A DNA stretch of 64,000 nucleotides from an uncultured virus (IMG/VR IMGVR_UViG_3300017724_000001) (Duplodnaviria > Heunggongvirae > Uroviricota > Caudoviricetes > Crassvirales): the IMG/VR virus record IMGVR_UViG_3300017724_000001; one strand, given 5' to 3'. Below are positions 51,081-59,207 of this stretch, piece after piece (position 1 is the first letter of the stretch; each line of letters opens with the position of its first letter). The notes beneath the pieces are model-generated. The model did not search any database. It worked only from the letters and a program-made list of their open reading frames with translations, and had not been told where the DNA came from. A program made the translations under genes and the position numbers.

Positions 51081-51495
51081 ATTTTTCTAAGTGTTTTAAA
51101 GTGTTATTATGAGCATCCATAACTTTTTTATCATTACTGAAAAAACCATTGTCTATCATTTTACATGAATTAATAACAGTTGCATGGTTGCGTTTTAAGA
51201 ATCTACCTATACTAGTTTTACTATGGCCTTCTTTATGAGCTAAGTAAGACATAACTTGTACATATACAAGATAATCTCTAAGTCTAGTTCTATGTTGTAG
51301 GCTTTTAATTCTACTAAATTTTGGTTCATTTTCATGAAGAGCTGCTAAAGCGCTATCATGAAATATACCTAATGGAATCCTTTTGTTTTTTTCTTGAGGA
51401 GTGTAAATATACAATTTTACTCCGTAAGTTGTGTAAAAAGATTTTTTAAATTCAGCAATCTCTTGCTTCTGGTTAATGTCCTGGTTATTAGCCAT
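50968..51495 (-). CDS. DnaA C-terminal (domain IV)-like HTH protein
   Basis: RTRLRDY...MSYLA...SKTSIGRFLKRNHATVINSCK parallels the DnaA signature IG..F.RDHTTV. A TACCTTTG element lies upstream at 51518-51525. Confidence 0.7.
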   Translation of the reverse strand: MANNQDINQKQEIAEFKKSFYTTYGVKLYIYTPQEKNKRIPLGIFHDSALAALHENEPKFSRIKSLQHRTRLRDYLVYVQVMSYLAHKEGHSKTSIGRFLKRNHATVINSCKMIDNGFFSNDKKVMDAHNNTLKHLEKYVGTISENTESKLDSKPELDPIWYEAKNLLTRGSSKG

Positions 51496-51532
51496 TTATA
51501 TTATTTTTTAGGGTTATCAAAGGTAATAAAAT

Positions 51533-52243
51533 TTACCATTCTATGCAAGTTTTCCCCTGCTTTTCTAATTCTTGATTAGCTTTGTTGAAAACGTCATTAC
51601 AGTCCCATTCTCCACCTCTATATGCAGCTGATGCAGGGTGAGAACATTTTAAAATTTTACAGTTTGGAATTAATGTTTGCCATTGCTCTGCTTTCTTACC
51701 CATAAGTATAAACACAGTATCTTTGTTATGTCTATTTATGTTATCAAAGATGTATTCAGTAAAGCTTTTCCATATACCATAGTGAGAACCAATTTTATTT
51801 ATCTCACATGTAAATGCTGTATTAATTAGTAATACACCCTGGTTGGACCAACGTCTTAAGTCACATTCTTCTGGTGTATACATAACTCTACCTGTTTTAG
51901 TGAAATCACCAACTGTTTGCTTTAGTATATATTGCAAAGACTTTTCAGCTTTACCTTTTCTACTACAGCTAAATGCAATTCCGTCAGCTACACCTAGTTG
52001 TGGATAAGGATCTTGACCTACTATGACAACTTTCATATCATCATATGGACATTCATAAAATCCATTAAACACATCTTTAAATCTTGGGGTAAAGCGCTTA
52101 CCTTGTTCTACATTTTCTATTAATGTATTCATTATATGATCAAAGCTTAAACCATTTACATATGGTGCAAGCATGCGGTCCCAGCCACTTTCTTTAAGTT
52201 TGCTGTTTAAATTATCTCTTAAGATATTTATATCTATTTCCAT
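51533..52243 (-). CDS. ung: Family 1 uracil-DNA glycosylase
   Basis: GQDPYP, ADGIAFS, GVLLIN and HPAS motifs. Confidence 0.92.
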   Translation of the reverse strand: MEIDINILRDNLNSKLKESGWDRMLAPYVNGLSFDHIMNTLIENVEQGKRFTPRFKDVFNGFYECPYDDMKVVIVGQDPYPQLGVADGIAFSCSRKGKAEKSLQYILKQTVGDFTKTGRVMYTPEECDLRRWSNQGVLLINTAFTCEINKIGSHYGIWKSFTEYIFDNINRHNKDTVFILMGKKAEQWQTLIPNCKILKCSHPASAAYRGGEWDCNDVFNKANQELEKQGKTCIEW

Positions 52244-52262
52244 TTTATTTATTAATTTATAG

Positions 52263-52270
52263 TATATTTG
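52263..52270 (+). promoter_or_regulatory. Bacteroidota-type -7 promoter element
   Basis: TATATTTG, 14 nt upstream of the lone + strand ORF 52285. Confidence 0.55.
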
Positions 52271-52284
52271 TTAAAACTTTTATT

Positions 52285-52731
52285 ATGTCAGATACTACTG
52301 AAACATCCGATAAGCCAGAATTTGAAACCTATAGTACATGGGATTTTAATGCTACTGTAAAAAATATATCTGTATCAACTAGGTATATCCCAGCTTTAAC
52401 TGCCATTATAAATAAAACTATAATGGAAGAAGATAAGATTGAAACAGTAGGTGATACATTCATTAAGTTTAACAAAATTGTTGAAGCTCATGATTCTGGA
52501 AAAGAACCAGAAGAAAAAATTATGTTAGACCCATGGGAAGGTGATCTTTATGTTTTATTTTCACTATTACAAACCATTAAATCAAATGCTATTGATCAAG
52601 GTTATGAAGTGAAAACTAAAACATCAGCTACTAAAGAAGAAGTAGCAGACCTTGGAAGAAAAATGCTGTCAGGTGAAGACGTTTCAGAAGAGATAAAAGC
52701 TTTAGAAGCTAAACTTAAAGTTGTAAAGTAA
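52285..52731 (+). CDS. Acidic hypothetical protein, oppositely oriented within the replication block
   Basis: 148-aa ORF filling the gap, with its own promoter element. Confidence 0.7.
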   Translation: MSDTTETSDKPEFETYSTWDFNATVKNISVSTRYIPALTAIINKTIMEEDKIETVGDTFIKFNKIVEAHDSGKEPEEKIMLDPWEGDLYVLFSLLQTIKSNAIDQGYEVKTKTSATKEEVADLGRKMLSGEDVSEEIKALEAKLKVVK

Positions 52732-53151
52732 TTATCTAAGCTGCATCCCATTAAAGTCTCCTATTTCTATACATGATTGAATTGCTAAATTCAACTCATC
52801 TTTATCACAATCTGCAAAAGACTTACAATACTCTTGTTTGTCTCTTACAAAACATAATCCTGCGGATCTTTTTACTTGTATCTTGGCTTCTTCAAAAGTG
52901 TAGCCAATTTCTTGTGCTATTTCTCTAATCATTGCATGTAAGCGTGCTAGTTGTGGGTTACTACCCTTAGCACCACTTACACCAACAAAAATCTCCAGTC
53001 TAGAACCATCTTCTAATTGTTCAAAGAACTTTCTATATTTAGTACCCATTGCTTTAATAGGAAAATGTAGTTGACCGTCTTTGACTGAAGCTTTTATGTA
53101 TAAATTATCTTTCATCTTAAAAGAGCTAACAGAACAATTATTAAAATACAA
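52732..53151 (-). CDS. NinB-like protein (likely start MKDNLY)
   Basis: SNPQLARLHAMIREIA...KSFADCDKDELNLAI. Confidence 0.55.
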   Translation of the reverse strand: MYFNNCSVSSFKMKDNLYIKASVKDGQLHFPIKAMGTKYRKFFEQLEDGSRLEIFVGVSGAKGSNPQLARLHAMIREIAQEIGYTFEEAKIQVKRSAGLCFVRDKQEYCKSFADCDKDELNLAIQSCIEIGDFNGMQLR

Positions 53152-53462
53152 GAAAGTACAGATATAATTGCTACTGTTTCAGTTGCTTCTATCTGTTCTC
53201 TCCTTCTCCCTTGATTTTTTGCAGGATCATTTATTTTTCCAAATACTTTAAGCTTATCAGATTTTCTTTTCTTAGCTACTTGTTCATCAATACTTTCATC
53301 TACAGCCATTTTAGATATAGTTTTTATATCTTCCAGTCTTTGATAAGCTGCATCAATATTTCTTTGATCACTTCCTGGGTGTATGTCTACTTTATCTAAA
53401 TGAGATATTGCTTTTATAGCAGAGGAATAAATTAATATGTTTTTGTTATCTTTCTTCATCAC
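53112..53462 (-). CDS. Hypothetical protein with C-terminal TM anchor
   Basis: ORF track; VAIISVLSCILIIVLLALL tail. Confidence 0.55.
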   Translation of the reverse strand: MMKKDNKNILIYSSAIKAISHLDKVDIHPGSDQRNIDAAYQRLEDIKTISKMAVDESIDEQVAKKRKSDKLKVFGKINDPAKNQGRRREQIEATETVAIISVLSCILIIVLLALLR

Positions 53463-53604
53463 TTTGATTTTTTAGTGGTACAAATGATAAATAATCTGGG
53501 TCATGTGGATCTAAATCCAATGAATAAACATTTACCCATCTGCCGTTATCAAATATATATGTTTTACCGTTAACTATTTTTTTTTTAGGTTCATTATTGC
53601 TCAT
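53446..53604 (-). CDS. Small hypothetical protein (52 aa), not in ORF track
   Basis: MSNNEPKKKIVNGKTYIFDNGRWVNVYSLDLDPHDPDYLSFVPLKNQSDEER fills the gap between ORFs. Confidence 0.5.
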   Translation of the reverse strand: MSNNEPKKKIVNGKTYIFDNGRWVNVYSLDLDPHDPDYLSFVPLKNQSDEER

Positions 53605-53836
53605 GATATTCTAGTATTTTTTCTTCTATGTCTTCTTCTAATAAGTGTTGTACATCTATGGTAACTTCATTACCATTAGTATCCGTGTTAGTGTACCAAA
53701 CATGCTTTATATCTGCTGATGGTCCATAACCTGGTGTACCTGGATCTCCATTGGAATCATACCATTGGTCTGGTTCTCCTGGATCATAAGTATATTCTAC
53801 TTCTACTGTTTCTCCTGTGTTTGTTATAAATTCCAT
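53594..53836 (-). CDS. Small acidic hypothetical protein
   Basis: ORF track. Confidence 0.6.
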   Translation of the reverse strand: MEFITNTGETVEVEYTYDPGEPDQWYDSNGDPGTPGYGPSADIKHVWYTNTDTNGNEVTIDVQHLLEEDIEEKILEYHEQ

Positions 53837-53837
53837 A

Positions 53838-54158
53838 TCACAAAAATCTTAGTGCTCCTCCGTCAACATAAACAAACTCTTGTGCACATTCAGTACACTT
53901 GGCGTTTGATTCATTGCGTAACAAAGTTGGCATGTTACAGTTAGGACAAGGTGTATCACCTTCTTCTATATATTCTTCTATTGCTTTTCTAGATAAACCG
54001 TGTATCATTGCATCATGTGCACCACGGTATTCTAATTCTTGTTGTTGCTCAATAAAGAGCTCTTTCATTCTTCCCATAATGTTATTTATTAAGTGGATTA
54101 TAGTATTTAATTTTTGATTGATCAAATCCTTTGACTGCATCAGCCACCCATTTCTCAT
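53838..54158 (-). CDS. Zn-ribbon protein (likely start MGRMKE)
   Basis: CPNC...CTEC. Confidence 0.6.
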   Translation of the reverse strand: MRNGWLMQSKDLINQKLNTIIHLINNIMGRMKELFIEQQQELEYRGAHDAMIHGLSRKAIEEYIEEGDTPCPNCNMPTLLRNESNAKCTECAQEFVYVDGGALRFL

Positions 54159-55239
54159 CTTGTGTACCTACGTACATAAGTATGTGACATGTAGCTGTCT
54201 CAGTTGGATTTAACCTGAGTAATCTTCCTATTCTTTGTGCTGTCTTTCTTTCATTACCATATGCATGCATAATAATACCTGCTTTTAGACCCGGTATTGT
54301 AACACCTTCTGATAATTGTAACACACAGGATAGCTTATCTATTCTTCCATCAGAAAACAACTCAAGGTTTTCATCTGATTTAGAATTTTTAGAGTGATAA
54401 CTATGCTTACATATTCTATCTGCCTGTTTTTGAGTATTAGCAAATACAATACATTTACTGCTTACATTACTAAGTATACCTTTTACATATGCTTCTTTAC
54501 TTGTGTAATCCATTAGAGCTCTCATACGCATAATTCTACCAAACTGTATTTGTTTGTCTGTATTAGCTTGTGCTAGTCTATTGGTAACATAATCATAGTC
54601 TTTTCTTTCTGATGTATACCAGAATCCACCTGCCTTGTTTTTCTTCTTTAAAGAAGGTAACTTAGACAATTCTAACTGATGTATAATGATCTTATAGTCA
54701 TTAAGTATCTTAGAGTCAGTTGCATCATCCGTAGTAAATGTATATTTAATAGGACAATACTTTTGTACTAACATTCCCTTTTCAGAGGTTGTGTTTTTTG
54801 GTGGTGTACCAGTAAGACCAAGAATTCTACCTGTAAATCTAGCTAGAAATAACTCATGAACATATTTAAGTGAATGACATTCATCTAAATATACTATATC
54901 ATAGTTATTTGGTTCTCTCTTTTTTAATGATATGTATGTAGTAAATGTGATATGCTTAACTAAAGCTTCTAATCCCATCTTACCTAACTCATCTATCCAT
55001 GATTGAGCTACTGAATGTTTTGGAACTACTACCAGTACTTGTATGAACTGATCATAGTATCTTTGAAGGTGCTGTATTGCTATTCTAGTTTTACCTACAC
55101 CCATAGATATGGCTAAGCCACACCTTTTATGTTGCACAGCTATTGCTAATGCATCTTCTTGAACTACGTTTCTAGTTGGAACAGCCGTTCCAGAATTATT
55201 TGCCATAATATTATTGTTATTGATAGTACCATTGTCCAA
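54082..55239 (-). CDS. Superfamily 2 (DExH) helicase (likely start near MANNSG)
   Basis: MGVGKT, DECH, LTGT and QRIGRLLR. Confidence 0.9.
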   Translation of the reverse strand: MDNGTINNNNIMANNSGTAVPTRNVVQEDALAIAVQHKRCGLAISMGVGKTRIAIQHLQRYYDQFIQVLVVVPKHSVAQSWIDELGKMGLEALVKHITFTTYISLKKREPNNYDIVYLDECHSLKYVHELFLARFTGRILGLTGTPPKNTTSEKGMLVQKYCPIKYTFTTDDATDSKILNDYKIIIHQLELSKLPSLKKKNKAGGFWYTSERKDYDYVTNRLAQANTDKQIQFGRIMRMRALMDYTSKEAYVKGILSNVSSKCIVFANTQKQADRICKHSYHSKNSKSDENLELFSDGRIDKLSCVLQLSEGVTIPGLKAGIIMHAYGNERKTAQRIGRLLRLNPTETATCHILMYVGTQDEKWVADAVKGFDQSKIKYYNPLNK

Positions 55240-55280
55240 GCTAATATTCTAATTAGCCTGTCTTTTTGATATTGTTTCAT
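55164..55280 (-). CDS. Small membrane peptide (38 aa), not in ORF track
   Basis: MKQYQKDRLIRILAWTMVLSITIILWQIILERLFQLET. It overlaps the helicase start. Confidence 0.4.
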   Translation of the reverse strand: MKQYQKDRLIRILAWTMVLSITIILWQIILERLFQLET

Positions 55281-55286
55281 CTCTCT

Positions 55287-55350
55287 TTGGTGTTAAAGGT
55301 TTGCGCCTATTTTTATATGCTTGCGCCTATTTTTCGTTGGTGTTAAAGGT
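55287..55350. repeat. A-B-B-A arrangement of two 14-nt direct repeats
   Basis: TTGGTGTTAAAGGT at 55287 and 55337; TTGCGCCTATTTTT at 55301 and 55321. Confidence 0.9.
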
Positions 55351-55423
55351 GGACCCTACAGGACTTGAACCTGTGACCTATCCGTTATGAGCGGAGTGCT
55401 CTGACCAACTGAGCTAAGAGTCC
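55350..55423 (-). tRNA. tRNA with CAT anticodon (Ile2 or Met), no encoded CCA
   Basis: GGACTCTTAGCTCAGTTGGTCAGAGCACTCCGCTCATAACGGATAGGTCACAGGTTCAAGTCCTGTAGGGTCCA folds as a cloverleaf. Confidence 0.9.
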
Positions 55424-55512
55424 TGGTAGCCGGAGTGGGATTTGAACCCACACGGGCATTACTGCCCAAAGGATTTTAAGTCCTTCATGTCTACCAATTT
55501 CATCATCCGGCC
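55424..55512 (-). tRNA. tRNA-Leu(TAA) with long variable arm and encoded CCA
   Basis: GGCCGGATGATGAAATTGGTAGACATGAAGGACTTAAAATCCTTTGGGCAGTAATGCCCGTGTGGGTTCAAATCCCACTCCGGCTACCA. Confidence 0.92.
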
Positions 55513-55517
55513 ATTTG

Positions 55518-55591
55518 TGATCCCACTAGGATTTGAAGCTAGAACCTACAGCTTAGAAGGCTGTTGCTCTATCCAGTTGAGCTATAGGACC
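55518..55591 (-). tRNA. tRNA-Arg(TCT), with a C in place of conserved G53
   Basis: GGTCCTATAGCTCAACTGGATAGAGCAACAGCCTTCTAAGCTGTAGGTTCTAGCTTCAAATCCTAGTGGGATCA. Confidence 0.85.
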
Positions 55592-55597
55592 ATAAAG

Positions 55598-55867
55598 TTA
55601 TGATCTTGAGCCTGAGAATCCTAATTCATAAGATTCTTCTGGGTGTTCTTCTATCCACATGTGACAGTTTCTGCAAACTGGTAACCATGTAGATACTTCC
55701 AAGTGATATACACCACGACCGTGTTTATGATGAACATCAGTAGCCTGTACAGTACATTTATCTATTTTTGCATGACAGACTGGATTGTCCGTTAAATACT
55801 GCCTACGCTTTTTAGAGTAAGCAGCATTTATTTTGGACATTTTGTTTGAGACTTTTTTAATTGCCAT
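55598..55867 (-). CDS. Small HNH-like Zn-binding endonuclease
   Basis: CHAKIDKC...ATDVHH...WLPVCRNCH. Confidence 0.75.
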   Translation of the reverse strand: MAIKKVSNKMSKINAAYSKKRRQYLTDNPVCHAKIDKCTVQATDVHHKHGRGVYHLEVSTWLPVCRNCHMWIEEHPEESYELGFSGSRS

Positions 55868-56384
55868 TTGGTTTTAAAGTAAAAAAGTTATTTGGTAACA
55901 AACCCACTGACATAAATTTAAGCACTATATCTTCATAGTTGATACCTAAATCTTTAAATGTAAGAGTGTTTTTGTAATCATCTAACGTTTCCTCAGCTGG
56001 CACATCTGCAATTGCAAGAGCCATAGGACTGTGTGGAAATGTTTTCCTAAGATAAGCATTAATTCTCTTATTACAAAGTGTTTGTTTCCAGGCATTGATT
56101 TCTCTTTGCCCACGTTTCCAAACTTTTGTAATGCGTCTTTTCTTATCCCAGTGCAGTTTAGTAACTTCTTCAGGTTTATAAACATTAAGGCCATGCAACA
56201 CACGTTTAAACAAAAAATGTTGATATGGATTAAGTTTATTATACTCAAAAGAGTTAATAATTGAAGGAGGATGTAATTGATATTCATCCAGAAGGCCTAA
56301 GTATTGATAACGCTCAATACGTCTACTTAAGATTAGTTCTTTTTCATTGAGTTTTAGTTTTGAAATTTGTTCATTAGATAGCAT
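55857..56384 (-). CDS. Hypothetical protein
   Basis: ORF track, 175 aa. Confidence 0.6.
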   Translation of the reverse strand: MLSNEQISKLKLNEKELILSRRIERYQYLGLLDEYQLHPPSIINSFEYNKLNPYQHFLFKRVLHGLNVYKPEEVTKLHWDKKRRITKVWKRGQREINAWKQTLCNKRINAYLRKTFPHSPMALAIADVPAEETLDDYKNTLTFKDLGINYEDIVLKFMSVGLLPNNFFTLKPNGN

Positions 56385-56439
56385 ACTTGTTTGATTTATT
56401 TAGTTATGAATTTATTAGTTGTATTTAGTAAGAGGTGTT

Positions 56440-56470
56440 AAATAGGCTGAGGTTTTTACACCCCAGCCTT
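56440..56470 (-). terminator. Putative intrinsic terminator
   Basis: Minus strand AGGCTGGGG-TGTAAAAA-CCTCAGCCT then ATTT, just after the stop of 56482..57096. Confidence 0.55.
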
Positions 56471-56481
56471 TAACAATTTAA

Positions 56482-57096
56482 TTACAGTTCAAAAGTTTCT
56501 GTTTCTTCTTCAAGAACTTCTTCTTCTTCTGTTTCTACTTCAGCAACAACTTCTTCTTCAGTTACTTCCATCTCATTGACATCTTCTGTCTCATCAGTGG
56601 TTGTATCATCAGATTTCAAACCAAATGCTTCTGCAGTTGTTGCTTTTTTGATCTTAGACTTGTCTAATTCAAAAGAGCTTTCATTAGCTGCACGAATAGC
56701 ATCACCATTAGTATGCTCAATCAGAATATCTTGTGCTTCTACATCATAAGTATATTCTGTTTTCCTATAAATAGGTTGTCCGTCTTGACAGCATATAATA
56801 CCAGTGTCACCTGCATATTTCAGGTCTCTGTCTGGATTTGTGTTGTTAAAAGGTTCTAAAGACTCTATTGCTATGATTTTACCAGGTAATGTTTTACCTA
56901 AATTTTTAGCATAAGAGGTTAAATTCTCTGTTGTACCCATAATAAGAGTGGTAAGATTTCTTTCTCTTAACCAACCACCTTTACCAATTGATACACTTTT
57001 GTATCCTAATCTAATGAAAGAATACTCTGGATTGTTTTTACTTAAGCGTACAACATTACCCATGTCATCCGCTAGGACTTCTACTTGATTTTGCAT
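56482..57096 (-). CDS. Hypothetical protein with long acidic tail (paralogue of 60215..60676)
   Basis: Shares GKII..E.LEPFN, LKYAGD, PIYR.TE and HTNG..IR with its paralogue; tail EEEEVLEEETETFEL. Confidence 0.7.
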   Translation of the reverse strand: MQNQVEVLADDMGNVVRLSKNNPEYSFIRLGYKSVSIGKGGWLRERNLTTLIMGTTENLTSYAKNLGKTLPGKIIAIESLEPFNNTNPDRDLKYAGDTGIICCQDGQPIYRKTEYTYDVEAQDILIEHTNGDAIRAANESSFELDKSKIKKATTAEAFGLKSDDTTTDETEDVNEMEVTEEEVVAEVETEEEEVLEEETETFEL

Positions 57097-57140
57097 TTTT
57101 AATAAAATTAAATGATTAATAAAATAATTGTGTGTGATGA

Positions 57141-57413
57141 TTAACTATCATCAGAGTGAAAATACGGGTCTTCCAGTTTTTCATAAGCTTCAATCTCATC
57201 TAGTGCAGGCTCATATTCTTCAATATTTTCTATTGCTTCATCTGAGACAGCTTTACCAGTTGCTTTTGCAAACTTATTATACCATGGATCAACCACTTCC
57301 TTTGTGTATGCGGAGCTAAGGCCATTTAGATCATTGTACTCTTCATCAGAGAGAGAAAGGTACTGTTCTAAGGAACATTCTATGATTCTGCCATTAGGAA
57401 GTTGTATTATCAT
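57141..57413 (-). CDS. Small acidic hypothetical protein
   Basis: MIIQLPNGRIIECSLEQYL. A TATCTTTG element lies upstream at 57433-57440. Confidence 0.65.
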   Translation of the reverse strand: MIIQLPNGRIIECSLEQYLSLSDEEYNDLNGLSSAYTKEVVDPWYNKFAKATGKAVSDEAIENIEEYEPALDEIEAYEKLEDPYFHSDDS

Positions 57414-57523
57414 TATCTTATCTAAAGTTTATCAAAGATAATAATATAACTTAATCTGTGTCAGAAATATAAAGTGAATTTGGACTTAACTCAAAAATAA
57501 AAAGCATAAATATAGCTAACGCA

Positions 57524-57775
57524 TCATAATATGGTTAACTTATTACCTATTCTTTTTATATATTTATATGATTTTAGCTCTTTTATCCATCTTTTAACTG
57601 ATGATTGACTTGAGCCACAGTCATCTGCAAGCTTACTAATTGATGGCCAACAAATTCTGTTTTTATTGGCATAACAGCATAATATACTGTACAAGCCTTT
57701 AGCTTGAACTGACAAGTTAGGATCTGTACATACTTTATGTTTAACTATACCATATCTATTTGATTCCTTCAACAT
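57524..57775 (-). CDS. Helix-turn-helix (HTH_36-like) protein
   Basis: LSVQAKGLYSIL...CWPSISKLADDCGSSQSSVKRWIKEL. Confidence 0.8.
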   Translation of the reverse strand: MLKESNRYGIVKHKVCTDPNLSVQAKGLYSILCCYANKNRICWPSISKLADDCGSSQSSVKRWIKELKSYKYIKRIGNKLTIL

Positions 57776-57968
57776 GGTTCTTAATTATAATGAGCATGGC
57801 CATATTGGTATCATGTTCATCAGTAAGATCCTTGTCTTTAAAGGCATACTTTTCTTGCATGTACATGCCAAAAGGTACATTAAGACCTCCAACCCTTTTA
57901 AGTGATTTGTCTAACTCTAACCATGATTTATGTTCAGAGTTCAATAGTTCCATTGATATCTTTGCCAT
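57756..57968 (-). CDS. Small hypothetical protein
   Basis: ORF track; overlaps both neighbours. Confidence 0.5.
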   Translation of the reverse strand: MAKISMELLNSEHKSWLELDKSLKRVGGLNVPFGMYMQEKYAFKDKDLTDEHDTNMAMLIIIKNHVEGIK

Positions 57969-58518
57969 CTTCTTGAAAATTTAGTTCTGTTTGTTTTACT
58001 TTTTTAAAATAAGTTATGAATCTCTTTTGTATGTTAAGAGCATGCAGAGGACTAACGGTAGTTTCTACAAACTTAAGGTTTTTATCATCATCATGATACA
58101 TTAAATTCACTTTTATAGTAGAATAAAACGGGTCATAAGGATCAGAACCCCAAGAAGAGTCACCAACTACTTGACCATATACATAATAGTCACTATACTC
58201 ATCACCTTTACCTAGTAATCCCATGTCTTCAAGAACATCTAATTCAAATTCACTGCCTTGATGATAGTTTGGTGGTACTAGTCTAACATAACTACCAATC
58301 TCTGTTGGTACAAAAGTTCTTTCTGTTAGCATAAGATGTATTATAGCTTCTAGAGCTGAATCTTTAACTTCTTTAGATATTATATCTGTTATAAATTTTA
58401 AATTGTTTGGTTTATTGATAGATTTTTGATCAAATAAACCTGAAAGGATGCCTTTTAATACTTCATCCTGTACGTGATATTGTTTTGCCATTGATTTTAT
58501 ATTGTAATCAAAGACCAT
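57934..58518 (-). CDS. Hypothetical protein (likely start MAKQY)
   Basis: ORF track. Confidence 0.6.
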   Translation of the reverse strand: MVFDYNIKSMAKQYHVQDEVLKGILSGLFDQKSINKPNNLKFITDIISKEVKDSALEAIIHLMLTERTFVPTEIGSYVRLVPPNYHQGSEFELDVLEDMGLLGKGDEYSDYYVYGQVVGDSSWGSDPYDPFYSTIKVNLMYHDDDKNLKFVETTVSPLHALNIQKRFITYFKKVKQTELNFQEDGKDINGTIEL

Positions 58519-58642
58519 ACTGCAAACAAGTATGAAATGTAACAGTAATAGTCTTTGATCTGATTAAGAACACAGCCTCAATACCTAGTATTAATATAAT
58601 ATATAATTACTGGTATTGTTAGTGGTCCATATACGAGACTTT

Positions 58643-58954
58643 TTATTTTCTTCTTTGGAAGATTATAGTTAAGAAAGGCAACTTCAATTCCCAATGACGA
58701 GTTACTTTCTCTATGTCAAGACCAATTCCAGGTCTTGCGTTTACTCTCATCCTAGGCAAAAGGTATGTTCTATCCATATGAATAGCATAGAAGATTGCAT
58801 TGATGAAAGTTAATGCGGTTACAATACCAAAGGCAACTATAAGAATAGGTGACCAAGGTGTGTAATAAACTAGATTAACTAGTACTACTGTCATAGCAAA
58901 AGGTAGAACAGCTACGAAGATTAACTTGATAAGATACTTGAATAAATATTTCAT
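58643..58954 (-). CDS. Membrane protein with two TM helices
   Basis: Hydrophobic N-terminal half. Confidence 0.6.
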   Translation of the reverse strand: MKYLFKYLIKLIFVAVLPFAMTVVLVNLVYYTPWSPILIVAFGIVTALTFINAIFYAIHMDRTYLLPRMRVNARPGIGLDIEKVTRHWELKLPFLTIIFQRRK

Positions 58955-58979
58955 GATATATAATTTAATTGATTAATGA

Positions 58980-59150
58980 TTAACGACCCCATTTGGATCT
59001 CTTGTGTCTCTTTTTAGGTTTCCAATAGTTCTTCTTTGCAAAATGCTTTTTACTTTTCTTGACAGAGCATTTACGAGAAGAACCACATGATTGTAACATT
59101 GGTCCACCTATGAATAGTAATAGAATAAAATATAAGAATTGTTTTTTCAT
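58980..59150 (-). CDS. Small highly basic lipoprotein (56 aa), not in ORF track
   Basis: MKKQFLYFILLLFIGGPMLQS-CGSSRKCSVKKSKKHFAKKNYWKPKKRHKRSKWGR; signal peptide with LQSC lipobox. Confidence 0.65.
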   Translation of the reverse strand: MKKQFLYFILLLFIGGPMLQSCGSSRKCSVKKSKKHFAKKNYWKPKKRHKRSKWGR

Positions 59151-59171
59151 AACGTTTTAGTATTAGATTTT

Positions 59172-59207
59172 AAAAAAGCCAGTCTGTTTTATCCAACTAC
59201 AACTGGC
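59172..59207 (-). terminator. Intrinsic terminator at the end of the non-coding region
   Basis: Minus strand GCCAGTTGT...ACAGACTGGC followed by TTTTTT. Confidence 0.65.

Noticed and set aside
53575..53594. Homopolymer frameshift in a T10 run
   Set aside because: An upstream ATG at 53604 gives an intact 52-aa ORF through the run.
55280..55349. tRNA-associated HDV-like (theta) ribozyme downstream of the tRNA cluster
   Set aside because: The trailer is A-rich repeat sequence and I could not build the nested double pseudoknot.
55287..55350. Mini CRISPR array
   Set aside because: Units are only 14 nt, arranged A-B-B-A, with no spacer-length unique sequences and no cas genes.
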